DNA of 64,000 nucleotides from Anthoceros angustus (lineage: Eukaryota; Plantae; Anthocerotophyta). Both the position numbers and the translations under genes were made by a program. The stretch covers positions 1 through 64,000 of the forward strand of contig VJWM01000234.1 in assembly GCA_010909165.1 (NCBI GenBank). The letters are read 5' to 3'. Positions 25,050-38,574 of the stretch are shown one piece after another. Under the pieces are notes generated by a model that was given only the letters and a program-made list of their open reading frames with translations, did no database searches and had not been told where the DNA came from. The first letter of the stretch is position 1. Each line of letters starts with the position of its first letter.

Positions 25050-27502
25050 GCGAACTCACTTCCCAAGAGACCAGACGAGCCGGAGCGGAAAGATGCTTGG
25101 CAAGCGAGAGGGAAGGCTTGCTCAACTAATAGAGGACTTGGAAGGAAAAAGGTCCCAGAAGAGGAGTACCACAAGAAAGTGGTACATAGAATGCGGTAGT
25201 AAGGAAGGTTTTGGCAGATTATGCCCTTCAGCAAAATTGGCCAGCCAAATCAAGGAAGCAAGGAGGAGAATGTGACCTCCATGTCAAGGTGGGGAATTGA
25301 CCACCTCAAGGGACGCCTACAAAGGTAGGTGTGAAGATGGAGAGTGGCCCAGAGATTGATGATCTCCAAATGCAATATCATAGCTTGGGGCCCACCCACA
25401 ATAGAATTTTGAAGGCCAACAATGAGATCTTGGCTTGGCCAAGAGGAGGACATTGGGTCCTCATGATGATGAAGGAGCGTGGCAGCCAGAGGCCTCCGAT
25501 TTTGATGAGGCCATCAAAATGGACTCCGAGGAACTGAGGAGTCGAGACGAAGAGCCGAGCGCCAAAGGTAGAAGGTGGCGAGAGAGCAAGGAGGGGGAAA
25601 GCCCACCTCCGGGGTCAACTCACTTGCAGACCACTACCACGTAGTCCGCCACACCGTGGTAGACACACCACGCCGTAGTCCGCCACTACCGGTAGGTGCC
25701 CGTGGGCGCGAGATCGTTAGGAGTCGCCGCGAGGCCCGGCCGAGGATGAAGGAGCCGGGGTCCGAGTATACCCCCGGAGGAGCAGCTGGGGTGGTGGGAG
25801 AGACAACCCCACCGAGGAGACTAAGGACGGGGTCCCACCGAGGAAGGGGAGGGGTGAGAAGTTCCCCCTACCTGGATAAGGGAGGAGCCAGGCTGAGAGG
25901 AGACCAACGCCAAGAAGGCCCAAGGAGTTAGTAGCAACATTGGTCGAATGGGGAAGATTCTTGAAGACATGCGTGATAGGTATGGACAAACCAAACAAAG
26001 GAAGGAGCAAAGAGGAACTCACCCCGTGAGAGACATCACCGATGGAGAGGAAGGAGAAGAAGGAGATAGGTACCGCACACCATGGTAGGTAGTCCTTATC
26101 CGTAGTCACTACCGCGTAGGGTGCCGATGAACGGGCGCCACCAGGCGGAAGCCGGAGAAAAGGCGCCTAGGTGCGGAGGGGCGCGATCGATGGAAGATAA
26201 CAGACTTTAGGCGCTACCTGGAGATGGAGGAAGGGGTGATGGTACTTGCCCCACACATTCGGAAGGCGACAAGATCCGGGAAGGGACAGAGCAAAAGGAG
26301 GGCGAGGGAGCCAATCCTCAAGGGCCATGTCACCACCCCAAATGAGATAAAGACTAAGAATGGTCAATGACCATAAATGAGCTTTGGGGAACGGGAAGGA
26401 TAGGTGGTGTAGACTCGACATCCTTCAAGGATGGTCTTAGGTGAAGTTACTAGAATAGAATTTACCAAGGATCTATAATACTTACATTAAATGTCAAGTG
26501 TAGGAAATAATAGAAAATTGGAAAAGGTGACCTGCAGAGGGGTCACCTAAGGGAGGTTGTATGGAAGGCCTCCTATAAGAGGAGGAGGATTTCACAAAGT
26601 AAAGTATCATGTCTTGCGCCCACGCCATCGAGTCCTTTGCCATTACAGAGGAATTTCGTACCGTGAGCCAACATACCGTAGAGAGGAAGTCATGGGTGGT
26701 TTGGTGGAGGACTTGCTCACGCAAGTGCCTAAACGAGTTGCTTGTGAATGGTTGCTGTGAAATTGCTTTGCTTTGGGTGTGTGGCAAATGCCCAGAGAAC
26801 TCGGCTTGAGGGTAGACTACAGGAAAGACTCGAGGTTCTCACTGCCCGTGTCAAACTCATAGCAACCGCCCAAGGAAGAACTTGCCGGTGGAGGCGGACC
26901 CTGTGCGCCAGCCGTAAGGGCAGTCGAAACCAAGAAGCCCGAATCGAGGTTAGAATAGGAGGAAGAGGATGAGAGATGAGAAGATGAGTAGAGGATTAGA
27001 GGTGTAGGTGTTAGTGGAAGGCCACAGTGCAGGCCTAAGGGACGAATCCCAACTGCAAGTAAAAGAGCGCCCCGGGGAGAAGTTTGGTCTTAGAAGTAGG
27101 GACGAATCATGTGAAGCTGGGGTCCTCGGGCGCCCGTGGTAGGCTCCTTGCCGAGGTGACCCGCAATTGTGTTGTGTTGTAGGTCAAGTTTGGTCTTAGA
27201 AGTAGGGACGAAATCGTGTGAACTGGGGTCCCCGGCGCCTGTGGTAGGCTCCTTGTCACGAGGCGTGACCCAATTGTTTTGTGTCGCTAGGGTCGAGGTT
27301 GGCGATTTTTCAAGGCAAGTGGTACTGCCAAGAGGGAGAGTAGAGGGTGCCTTGCTTGTTTAGAAGGTCGAGAGTGTGTCATCAGTAGCGACGGCATCAC
27401 AAGACCTCGAACTACACAAGTCTCATGGGAAAACCCAACGACACGGGATAAGTGTGGCCGCTTATAGTGGAGGACCTGGGAGTGCCCCGATTCCCTACCA
27501 CA
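25050..27502 (+). mobile_element. Family A 3' end: extra-ORF tail, 3' UTR and LTR (~25962-27502)
   Basis: Matches the other copies; ends CCCTACCACA at 27502; ~105-bp internal duplication at 27081-27300. Confidence 0.9.
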
Positions 27503-27879
27503 CTCACATACCTTGATCCTCGAAACCGTGTTGTTGTAGGTATGTATGTCTGTTGTAAAGCCCCCAAACTGCTAATGCGAAACTACTTCCTTGTTAGTAG
27601 ACCATGGGCCGTTGTAAAAGAAAACTTTGTAAACAAAAGTGATGGTATTTACTACGAGCTTGTTCAAACAAGACATTCATTGTTGTAAAATCATTGCTAG
27701 ATCTATGCTGTTGCAACCAAGAAGAGCCTCGTAGTAAAGTAGCTGTTATGCCCATCGAATAGCCTCCACTTGTAGAAAACACCCGAGTTCTCAAAAATAC
27801 CAATGGCTGTTATCCATGAACCATGAAGTTGTAAATCATCGAGAGCGAAATTTTCTCGCTTTCGTAAAAGGCCTGTCCT

Positions 27880-28620
27880 AGTGGGAGGACCTAGAGGATC
27901 TCCCGTACCGCAGAAGCGCAGCCTCGGCTGATGGAGAGGCTACGGATCATCCGACAGCGCACATCGTGGTTTTTGGCCGTGCAAGACAATCACCATCTCA
28001 AATACCACCAAGTGGAGATAGGAGGAATAGGAGAATAGTAGGCGCCGATGGGCATCGGCCTCCGCAATAGAGGTGTAATAAAGACCACCTCCGCGAGTAG
28101 AGGGCCGAGGTCGCCCAGAGCATCTTCTGGTGTTGATGTCTCCTCCGACGCTTGAGTGCTTTCGACGCGAGTCCGAAAGCACCACCCCCGGAGAGACCGA
28201 TCAAGGTCTTAGATACTCCAACCGGTGGTGTGTGCAGGAATACTTAGGACCCTTGCTCACTGATAAAGGCCCGCCGCTGACGACCGAACGTGAGACGGAG
28301 GAACTCTGGAGGGCGCAGAGCCCGGACTCGAGAGGCCCGCAGAGCTACGCCGAGAGGTCCCGGACCGCATAGCCACCCGCGCTTCCTCTGGACAAGGAGT
28401 GTAGTGAGCGTGGTGAGAGGAACGACTAGATGGATGAGTGAGCTTGAACACACGGACGCAACGGGTCCTTAACGCTTTGTGCACTGGCCTCATGAACGCT
28501 ATGGTAGGGTGAAACGATAAATAGACGGATGAGATTGAACTGACACAAGAAGGTGAGGAACGATTGAAACGGGCAAACGGAGCCAACATTCTCTGGGAGT
28601 GACCACTACAACGACATGGA
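27880..28620 (+). repeat. Family B LTR-like repeat, copy 1
   Basis: Colinear with 32180-32990 (ggatcatccga, ggtgtaataaagac, ggtgttgatgtc, gagaggaacg, caacgggtcctta). Confidence 0.7.
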
Positions 28621-29560
28621 GCTACCCTGAAAGACCCGCCACATGCCCATTGAATTTGAGGTACCTACCTGAATCATGGGGGATGAGCGATAATTGAGGA
28701 GAGTCAAGAAGGAATAGAATCTTTCATAGAGCAGAGGAACGAGGGAAGATGCTGAAGAAACTCCAAATCGTGGAGCTTAGAAGGCAGGCATGATGAAGTT
28801 ACAAGGAGGAAGCTATCATGGCGGGAGGGTCTTTCTATAGGATAGACATATGCCCCACAGCTTAGGCATGGATACCCAATGAGGTGGTATAAGTATGAAT
28901 GGATCCGCAAACACGAAAGTGCTCGATGGGATTTCCGCCAAGAGTATCCAAGAAACGTACCTATGTCCTACCGTCCAAGATAATCGCTCATGAAGGGTAA
29001 GGTGGTGATCCTTCGCCGCTTTGCTTCCTCAAATCTTGGCACACCCAACCTTTCCCTCACGCTCTTGGGAGACATAATAGGAGCGACTCACCACCGATGA
29101 GTACCGTAAATCACTTGTTTCCAAATATTATTCCAGCTTGATCCTTGACGCATATGGAATACTTGGGTTCAAATTGATTGCTTGATCTGAGGCCGCCTTC
29201 AAATCAATCCGATGTATGCCCAGCCCCTCCACCTCGCATGTCGAATCTTGAAGGTGGAGGAAAACCTGGCCGCCAAGCTGATTTATCCCACTATCGTCAG
29301 CAGGTCCCATGAGACTCGTGAAAGTTCAGGTCTTGTGATAACCGATCGCTACCTACGTGACACAACTTCTCATCCTTCAAACAAGCAAGGCGACTCATCT
29401 TCAGAACTGCATGGGCCATGCTTCCTCAAAGACTACCAATTCTCAACCTACACGACACCATGAGGTGTCCCGCTTAGCAAGGAGTATCATTTGACCTCCC
29501 ATCCACACCGCTCATCTTCGCACGACCAATCTTTCCACCTGTGGAGGACGAGTATTTGGG
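28620..29560. mobile_element. Scrambled family A fragments (INT tail +, RT start -, LTR piece -)
   Basis: PIEFEVP at 28647; GIHRIDLK in minus ORF 29128-29310; LTR reverse complement at 29240-29560. Confidence 0.7.
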
Positions 29561-32500
29561 ACACCAGGCTTTGCTGTGGCCTTCCAGGATCCCCGGTCCG
29601 ATGAGGGACGATCACAAGATTACCGTCCATCGAATTACCAAGGTGGACCAGAAGACAATTTGCGTGTTCCTCCACGACCTCAGGGGAAACGCTACCGATG
29701 GTGATAATCTCACCGGGTCAATCAGAGGCAAGCCGAGGTGAAGAAGCCACCGCTATCGCCGCTGATTCATGTGGGCACTAACCTCCTCAAGGAGGGTGAG
29801 GAGGAAAAGCACCCGAGGGCCGCCTACCGAGGCGTCGGGAGAGGTAAGCAGGCCCGGCCACCGAGTAAGAGGGTCCGGAGGAGGACACCGAGGAACTTGA
29901 CATACGCTTGGAGCGGACCTCGCTACCTAGGGAAGTGTGGAGGACATCCCACTTTCTCCTCCCCGTGCCCCCACCGAGCACGAGCAGGAAGAGGCGGCCA
30001 CAGACGGGAGTTGGCGGCCCACCCAAAGCAGCCGCACCACCCATACCATTGCCCCCACGACCTGGCTGGAACCAAGAGGAAGACGGCTCCAACGAGCACC
30101 TGTGACGGCGCCGTGTTCTGCCTCGCCAACGGAGTGGCTGGAGGAGGAGTGCGGGAAAGGACGCCCAAGGAGCGGGAGGCCACCGCACACCCGGAGCCTG
30201 GCCTGCCCCAACCGTGAGAGGAAAGGGCTGCCCCGACCCTTCACCACCTCCAAGCCCTGTGAGAGGTATGGAGAAGGAGTTAGCGCCAAGAGGGCTGGTA
30301 GGAGGCCGACTCAAAGACTCACGACCTAAGGGTCCCGATTAGGTCCGGAGCCCATCACTGGCCCGATGCAGAGGCGGTCCTGACAGGAGAGATGCCCGCC
30401 CCACGGACTTCTGGCATCTCTCTCAAGGCCGTGGAAGAAACGCTAGTTCTAGCTACCATGGACGGATGGGGGTCATGAACAAATGGAGAAGACCTAAGCG
30501 GGAGGCCACCCGGAGGATGGTGGAACTTCAAGGGCGGTAGAGCCCAGAGGCGAAGAAGAAGGCGGGAGTCCCCGCCTCAATCGAGGAGGGAAAACGCCGA
30601 GGCGAGCGAGGTCCGGACGGTTCAAGAAGATCGATTAAGACCCTTCACTGCAACAATAAGCGGCGCAGGAGGCCCAAGCACGGGTCAAGACCTCAAACGA
30701 GGGAGCGCAGAAGGAGGCGGAGGAGGGTCGAGGCGTGCGGAGAACGCCCGCGACCGCCGAGGCGACTATAGACCAACACCGAGGCTCGTGAAGGCGCGGA
30801 GGAGTCGCGTAAGGTCGACGGGATACCACCGACATGATCAACCGGAGGAGACGGGTAGCCGCTGCCAACTCAAGGCCGAACAGTGGCGCTGAGCAAGCAT
30901 GGGCAAGCCATGAAGAAGAAATGGAGGCTCACCGGGAAATAGGGGACCTTGTGCCTGCAGGAAGGAGGAGCAAGAGTGAAGGCAAGAAAGACACCTGGAG
31001 TCGCAACGGCAGCAACGGATTCTCAGGGAGAATCCAAGCACAAGTCTCATGGGACGAAACCCAACACGTAGTGATCCACTAGAGGGTGAATCCAAGCACT
31101 GCAAGGATTCTCAACAGAGAATCAAGACTTCGAAATAGAGCGCCCAGCTTCGCTTGAAGACGGAGGAGAATAGCGGCGGTCCAAGGAGTTGGACGCCAGT
31201 CAAGAAGGAGGAGGAAGCTGTGAGCCGGCGAGATACGCCCGCCGAGAAGGAAGTGGCGACCCTGCAAGGATGAACGGAGGGACGAGAGCGCTGGAGGAGG
31301 AGCAGAGGTCGCTTGTCCGATTGGAGGCGAGGGGAGCTCACCATGGCCAAATTGGTGGAGCTACAACGACGAAGGAGGAGGAGACGCCGAGCAGTAAGAA
31401 AAGGTCGCAGAGGTGCGGAGGCCGCCTTTGGCGCATGGGAGCCCCCGCCGCTGGCAAGTTCGGCGACGACGGAGGTGCGGACAACACGCCCACCGCCGAG
31501 CACCTGAGGAGGGAGTACGTGCTCCGGCCCATGGAGGAGGCAATTCAACAAGTCGACCGACTTTGCCTACTACCACGCAGAGCTCTCAAGGCTGAGGTCT
31601 GCGCCCAGGCATGGACTCCGATGGGCCCAAGGAGGAGGAGGAAGGTCCCGGGACAAGACCCACGGGACCTTAGGAGCGCTGCTTGACACCAAGAGTAGCA
31701 GAGGGGGGAGCAATGAGGAGCAGGACGCAGGAAGGTCACACGAGGTAAGCACTCGACCTTCGCACTAAGGAAGGAGGAGGGCCCCGGGAGTAGAAGGGCA
31801 CATCCAGAAACCGGGAACCATGAGGGCTGAGTGAGCCCTGATAAGTCCAAATGAGGGGCGAACCTCAGCCATGAGTCGACTTTGTCCGGACTAAGAAAGG
31901 GACCCGGTCCGCCTCAAGAAAGTATGGACCGAGGTCCAGATTAGTGATGAGACCGACCGTGTCCTGCGCCAGAGGGGAAGACTGGCTGTAAGAGGACCGA
32001 GGTCCGACTCCGTAAGAAGAGACCGACCCGAGGTCCGACTCTCAAGAGAAGACCGGACCTAGAGGTCCGACCCGAGTCGAGATCGACCTCAAGTCCACTG
32101 TGGAGCGGAGGGAGCCACCAATCACCACTCGAGAAACTATCTCTTGAGGGCCCGAAGGCCCGCCAGAGATAAGAGAGATGGGAGGAGGATTTAGTGGTGA
32201 CCGCTGCTGTCGCCGTAGCGCAGCCGGACAGAGTCTTGGGAGAGGTAGGGGCCTCACCCGGATCATCCGATTGCGCGCTGCAGCTTGTCGTGCTAGTTTG
32301 GGCCGGCCAGGCGAACCGAGGCAACCTCACCACCACCGGCGGCGAGATAGGTGGAATAAGGGGAATAGTAGGCGGCCGATTAGGGCGCACGAAATGGCCA
32401 TCACCGTAATAGGTGTAATAAAGACGCCGACCTGGGCGAGTATAAGAGGGCCGAGACGCCTAGTAAAGCATCTTTCTTGGTGTTGATGTCCTCTTGCGCC

Positions 32501-32990
32501 CTGTGTGCCTTCTAGCGTGAATCTCCCGAGTCATCGAAAGCAGCCCGGGCCCGGGAGATCGACCAAGGTCCCGTGACGACCAACGTGGTGGTGTGTGTGC
32601 AGGAAGGCGACCCGGGACCCCTGCCTATCCGAAACGGAGGACCACCAACGCTGTGAGCTGTGAGGAACTCTGAGGGTAGAGCCCGGACGAGAGGCTCGCG
32701 AGCAATCTGAGGAGGTCCCGACGAGCCACCCGCGATTTTCCAAGGATACGAGGAAGTGTGAATGGTGAGAGGAACGGGACCAGAGGGACGAAAACTTGAA
32801 TGATACGGACAACGGGTCCTTAAACGCTTGGCCACGCTGGCCTATCCGAACGTTAGTAGTTAGTCGAAACGATGAATGTGTGTGGAGTCAAAACGGGTAC
32901 TACGTGAGGTGAGAAACGCACGTGGGCCAACGGAGCCTATCATTCTCTTTGGGAACGGACCTCCTTACTACAATGACACGGATTGTATCA
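29560..32990 (+). mobile_element. Family B (Tat-like) 3' region: decayed accessory ORF, short repeats, PPT and LTR
   Basis: GC/purine-rich coiled-coil-like coding relic at 30500-31700; GACCGAGGTCCGA-type repeats at 31927-32072; polypurine AGATAAGAGAGATGGGAGGAGGA at ~32167-32189, then the LTR-like repeat. Confidence 0.55.
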
Positions 32991-35522
32991 AGGCCGAGGG
33001 AAATGAGTGCGCCACAAACCAAGAGAGAGCTGTCCGGCAACCACCCAAAGAGACTCATGGAGGCAAAAAGGAAGAGCACTTTTGCCCACCTAGAGCAGAA
33101 AGGAAGAGCAAGAGGCTCTAGGAAGAGAGAAGCGTCAAAGAAATGGAGGCGTTAGAGCAAGTGATGGCTACTCAAGCCATCAAAATCCGGACATGGAAGA
33201 AGAATCATGAGGACCCAGATAATTTGGAGGAGAAGCGCCGAGTGAGACACAAGACCAGAATCGCAGGAGTTGAGCGAGAAGGGTGTTTGGCAAGCGGAAA
33301 GGGAAGGGCTTGCAACAAATTGGTGGACTCGGAGCGGAGGAGGTCCCAGAGGAGGAGCACCACAAGAAGGTGGTGCACAGGATGCTGGTGAGGAAGAGAT
33401 TTTGGGTGCATTATGCCTTCAAATGGCCAACCAAATGAGAGAAGCAAGGGAGGAGAATGTACCTCCATGTGAAGGTGGGAGAATTGACCACCTCAAGGGA
33501 TGCCTACAAGGGTAGGTGTGAAGATGGAGAATGGCCCACTGAGATTGATGATCTCCAAATGCAATATAGCGGGCCCATCTTCACAACAGATATTGAAGGC
33601 CAACAACGAGGTATCACATTGGCCAAGAGGAGGACATTGGGTCCTCATGATGATCGGAAGGAGCCGTAACAGTGCCGGAGGCCTGATTTTGATGAGGCCA
33701 CAAGTGACATGGACTCAAGAACTGGGAGGGAAGATGGAGGAGAGGCCAAGAGAGGGAGATGGCGCGAGAGTAAGGAGGGGGACAACCTCACAGGGGGTCA
33801 CACTACCAGAGGTGATCACCCTACCACGGTAGTCCATCACCGTGGATACCCACCCCACGCCAGACTACCGGGTAGGTGGCGGGCGCAGCCTGGGGAGTCG
33901 GGCCGCGGAGGCCCGGCCGTGGATGAAGGAGCCGGGGTCCGGATACCCCCGGAGGAGCAGTGAGGTGGTGGGGAAACCCCACCGGAGAGAGCAAGAGCGG
34001 AGTTAGATCCGCCGAGGAAGGAGGGTAAGGAGTTCCTCACCCACGAGTAAGGGAAGAGCCCGGCCGGAGAGGAGACCAACGCAAAGAAGGCCCGGAGGAT
34101 TAGAGTGACAACATCGCAATGGGGAGGACTTGAAGACATGCTCCAAGATAGGTATGGACAAACCAAACAAAGGAAAGGAGCAAGAAGATCTCAACCCCGA
34201 AGCCACCGGCGAAGAAGAAGAAGGAGATAGGGACCACTACCATGGTAGAAGTCACTACCCCGTACCGCTGCCACCGAGGGTGAGGACCGAGCGCAAAGCG
34301 CGAGGTCAAGAGCCCGGGAGTTGCCGGAGGATGAACGAACCAAGGCGCCATGAGCAGGAGGAAGGGGCAACATGGTACTTGCCCCACAAGCTAGGAAGAA
34401 GACAGAATTTGGGGAGGGGACAGGAGCAAAAAGAGGGCGAGAGAGCCAATCCACAGGAGACGCGTCACCACCCCAGCAGGATGAGGACTAGGTATGGTCA
34501 AAGGCCATAAATGAACTTGGAGAGAATAGGAAGGATAGGTGAGATAGGCTGACATCCTTTAAGGATGATCTTAGGTGAAGTTGCTAGAATAGAATTTACC
34601 AATCGACAAGAGACTTAGATGCCGCTTAAATGTCAAGGGTAGGAAATAATAGAATATTGGAAAAGGTGACCCGCAGAGGGTCACCCAAGGGAGGTTGTAT
34701 GTGGAAGGCCTCCTATAAGAGGAGGAGGATTTCACAGTAAAGTATCACGCCTTGCCCATACTCCCGAGTCCTTTTTTGTAAAGGAATTTGTGCCACCAGC
34801 CAACGCAGTCTAGAGAGGAAGTCGTGGTCTGAGTGTTGGTGGAGGACTTGCTCGCAAGTGCCTAAACGAGTTGCTCTTGTGAATGGTGTGAAATTGCTTT
34901 GCTTTGGGTGTGTGGCAATGCCTGTGAACTCTGAGAGGTAGACTACAGGAAAGACTCGGAGGTTCTGCCCGGTGTCAAACTCATAGCAACCGCCCAAGGA
35001 AGAACTTGCCGGGTGGAGGCCGACCTGTGCCAGCTGGCGGGCGAGTAAGCCAAGAAGCCCAAACCGAGGTTAGAATAGGAGGAAGAGGATGAGGAGATGA
35101 GTAGAGGAGAGTGTAGGTGTTAGTGGAAGGCTGTGAGCCTAAGGGACGAATCCCAAACTGCAAGTAAAAGGCGCCCCCGAGTGGAGAAGGATTGGTCTTA
35201 GAAGTAGGGACGAAATTGCGTGGATGGGGTCCTCGGCGCCCGTGATAGGCTCTCGCTAAGGCGTGACCTGAATGGTGTTGCCAGGTTGAGATTGGTAGTT
35301 TTCGGAGCAAGGCAAGTGTGCAGCCAAGAGGGTGAGTAGAGGGCGCCTTGCTTGTTTAGAAGGCTGAGAAGTTGTGTCACTGCAGGTAGCGATCGGTTAT
35401 CACAAGACCTTGAACTTTCACACGAGTCTCATGGGACGAAACCCAACTTACAAAGCGACAGTGGGATAAGTGTGGCCGCTAGAGGGGGAAGCCTCGGAAG
35501 CCCCGGGGTTTTCCCTCCCACA
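32990..35522 (+). mobile_element. Family A 3' portion with LTR (~34131-35522)
   Basis: EEHFAHLEQ coiled coil, 3' UTR, and LTR ending CCCTCCCACA at 35522. Confidence 0.9.
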
Positions 35523-35570
35523 GGGAGTAATTCCTCCCACACTTTTGATGCACTTGGGAAGTCGGGCGCC

Positions 35571-37800
35571 ATGCCTCGAGCAAGGAAAGGCAAGGGAAAG
35601 GAACCACCTGCCAAGAGCTCCTCCTCGCGAGGTGGAAAAGGAAAGAAGGCAGCTGCGGAGGCTGCGCCGCCAGGAGGGGGTGAGGTCGAGATGCCCCAGT
35701 TCACTTGTTTTGCGGGACAACTCAACCCCATGACGGTGGATTGCAAAATGAAGAAGAGAACATCTACTGATGGGTGTATGGCCGCCAATGGCCTACACCA
35801 ATTTGGAAATTGATTGAGGAGTGTTACATCAACCTCCATCAATCGGAAGCGCCTTGCCGCTGTGAGAGGAATGCCTGGATTGATCCGCTGTGTGACCTCA
35901 AGCATCCGGTGTATGGGAGACCGAGGAGGAGAGCTCAGAATTGCTCCCGAGAGGAGAAATGAGGGAAGAGGATTTTCTGAGATTCCGCAGAAGTCTCTCG
36001 ACATGATGGACGGAGGAGTGAAGGCCCACGCCAAGAATGGCTGGAAGACTGACAGCATCAAGGAGTCAAGTGGAGGCTCTTGCAAGATTGTATTGGGGTT
36101 GGTAAATTATCAGCGACTTTTATTTCGCACCAACTTCCCGCAATTTTTGTGGAAGATTTCAGAGGAGCCAAGCCGGATTGGGGCACTGTATGAGGCTACA
36201 TCCATCATGTGGAGAAGCCCTTAGCCGACTGTGGATGAGGAAGGCCAAGGCCCGTTATCTAGCAATTTGGTGCATTTGTGGAGACCGAGGGCTCACTGAA
36301 GAAGGAGTGAGGATGCTTACTCCAGCCAACACCATATCATGGGTGCCTAGGAAGAGAGGCACTGCAGCTCACCCCAAGGGGAGGCAGCCACCGTGCGAGA
36401 GATCACCGTGGTAGGCGACCACTGAGGTGGTAGGACCATCAAGCGATAGGGGAGCAGCCCCACCTGGGGTCGACACCCACGCGGTAGGGCGCAGCTCATG
36501 TAGGGAAGGGGAAGGAGGAAGCCATGAGATGCCGCGGGCGCCTGTGCCGCCATCTCCGGACCGTGAGAGCGATGGGGCGACTGTGAGGGGGACCCCCACC
36601 GCGCTGATGGCCCGAGGAGCAAGGGGAGCTGGAAATTTCCAGCAAGGGTCAAGTAAATTTGGGCCCTAGGAGATTTCAGTGCTTGTGAAGCACCACCGCA
36701 GAGACTTGAAGGGGGCTAGGGAACTAGCAGCCTCCTTATGGGCATGTCAAGAGGAAGTCCGGGCGAATAAGGCCCAAGAGATGACGGAACGGAGGGCAGG
36801 GACCAAGTGGCGATTGGAGGCCATGAAGTCCGACGAGAAGGCAGCCAAGCTGGAAAAGGCTGTAGAAAAACTCCAGCACGACCTTATGGATCAAAGGCGC
36901 GCGGAGAAGGTCTTGGAGGGAAGGTTGGCTCAAACCGAAGAAAGAGCTATCCGAGCAACTATCCAACGGGACTCATGGAGGCAAAAGGCAGAGGAGCACT
37001 TTGCCCACCTAGAGCAGGAAAGGAAGAGCAAAACCGAGGCTCTAGGGAGAGAAAAGCAGGCAGTCCAGCAAGTGGATGCGCAGGAGTAGGTGATGGCTAC
37101 CCAAGCCATCAAAATCCGGGACATGGAAGAAGAATTATGGCGACCTTGGACAATTGGAGGAGAAGCTGGAGCCGGAGACACAAGACCAAAGAATTAGGAG
37201 TTGAGCGAGAAGAGTGCTTGGCAAGCGGAGAGGGAAGGGCTTGCTCAAAGAACCAAGGGACTTGGAAGGAAAGAGGTCCTGGAGGAGGAACACCATAAGA
37301 AGATGGTGCAGTGATCGGTAGTAAGCGGAGATCAAGGATTATGCCCTTCAGCAAAATGGCACCAAATAAGAGAAGTGAGGGAGGAGAATGTAACCCTCCA
37401 TGTGAAGGTGGGGGAATTGATCACCGCCAGAGATGCCTACAAGGGTAGGTGTGAGGATGGAGAGTGGCCCACGGAGATTGATGATCTCCAAATGCAACAT
37501 CATAGCTTGGGGGCTCACCTCCACAACCGAATTTTGAAGGCCAACAATGAAGTCTTACGATTGGCCAAGAGGAGGACATTGGGTCCTCATGATGATGACA
37601 GGAAGGAGCTGCAGCAAGTGCAACCGGAGGCCTTCGACTTTGACGAGGCCACGAGTGACATGGACTCTGAGGAGTCCGAGGAGACAGGAGATGGAAGAGA
37701 GGCAGCCGCGCCAAGGGGGGAAGATGGTGCGAGAGCAAGGAGGGGGACCTCTGTGGGGTCACCCTACTACATAGGTGATCATTTTACTACACGGTAGTCC
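35571..37800 (+). pseudogene. Best-preserved family A extra ORF (~700+ aa when repaired)
   Basis: MPRARKGKGKEPPAKSSSSRGGKGKK...PQFTCFAGQLNP...HAKNGWKTDSIKE...KIVLGLVNYQ...AAKLEKAVEKLQHDLMDQRRAEKVLEGRLAQTEERAIR... Confidence 0.8.
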
Positions 37801-38574
37801 GCTGACACCGTGGTTTGAGTCAGCTTTGTTCCTCACCCAAATGCTCGACCAGCAAGTAGATGAGGCATGTAATTTTTTGAACCCCGCCAAACGGTGCTTT
37901 TCTCGAACGCGCTCAAACCGAGACGCTTCTAAATGTTTCGCCCTTCAAGAAATGTGATTGGCTCTGGGGTTGTTGGTGGGGCCCACCGCCTTCTTCGGAT
38001 CTCCCAGCATTTGTTCACAAGCAACTATTCGGAGCTCCGCCTTTATAAGCAGCCTCATCGGTTGAGTTTTCAGCTATTCCAGCTTCAGCAATCAAACAAG
38101 AGCCCTTGTCGCCGCTAATCAAGGACATTGCTACTCAAAGACTATTTTACGAGCAAGTTACGCCATCGCCAAGAGCTATTCCAATTGGAGTGTCATCACC
38201 TTTGGGATCATCTTCATCAGCTTTCTGAGTCGGTGCAATCAGCTGCCCAAGCAGTTCAGCAACTTGCTACTGTCTATGCTCCTAGTGACCGCGGCATCGT
38301 TCACTGGGCTGTTTGATTTTTCATGACCACCATTGGTCTTCTGGACCTTTAGCAAAGTAACATTTGATTTTCTCATATTCCAGCATTGCTATATATATTT
38401 GAAGACTTCTTAGCTTCTTGTCATAACTTGGAGTTGGCAGTTCTTCTATATATATCTCTCTACTTCTATTTGACCACTATTGCTTGATCCTATCACAATG
38501 GCCACCTCTCCAAATGTGCCACCCATTCCCATCATCAATTATATGAATGTGACATCCGGATTAATGCCCACCTA

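Noticed and set aside
31038-31090. ~50-bp family A LTR piece inside family B as a functional motif
   Set aside because: Most simply the residue of an insertion that was almost completely deleted.
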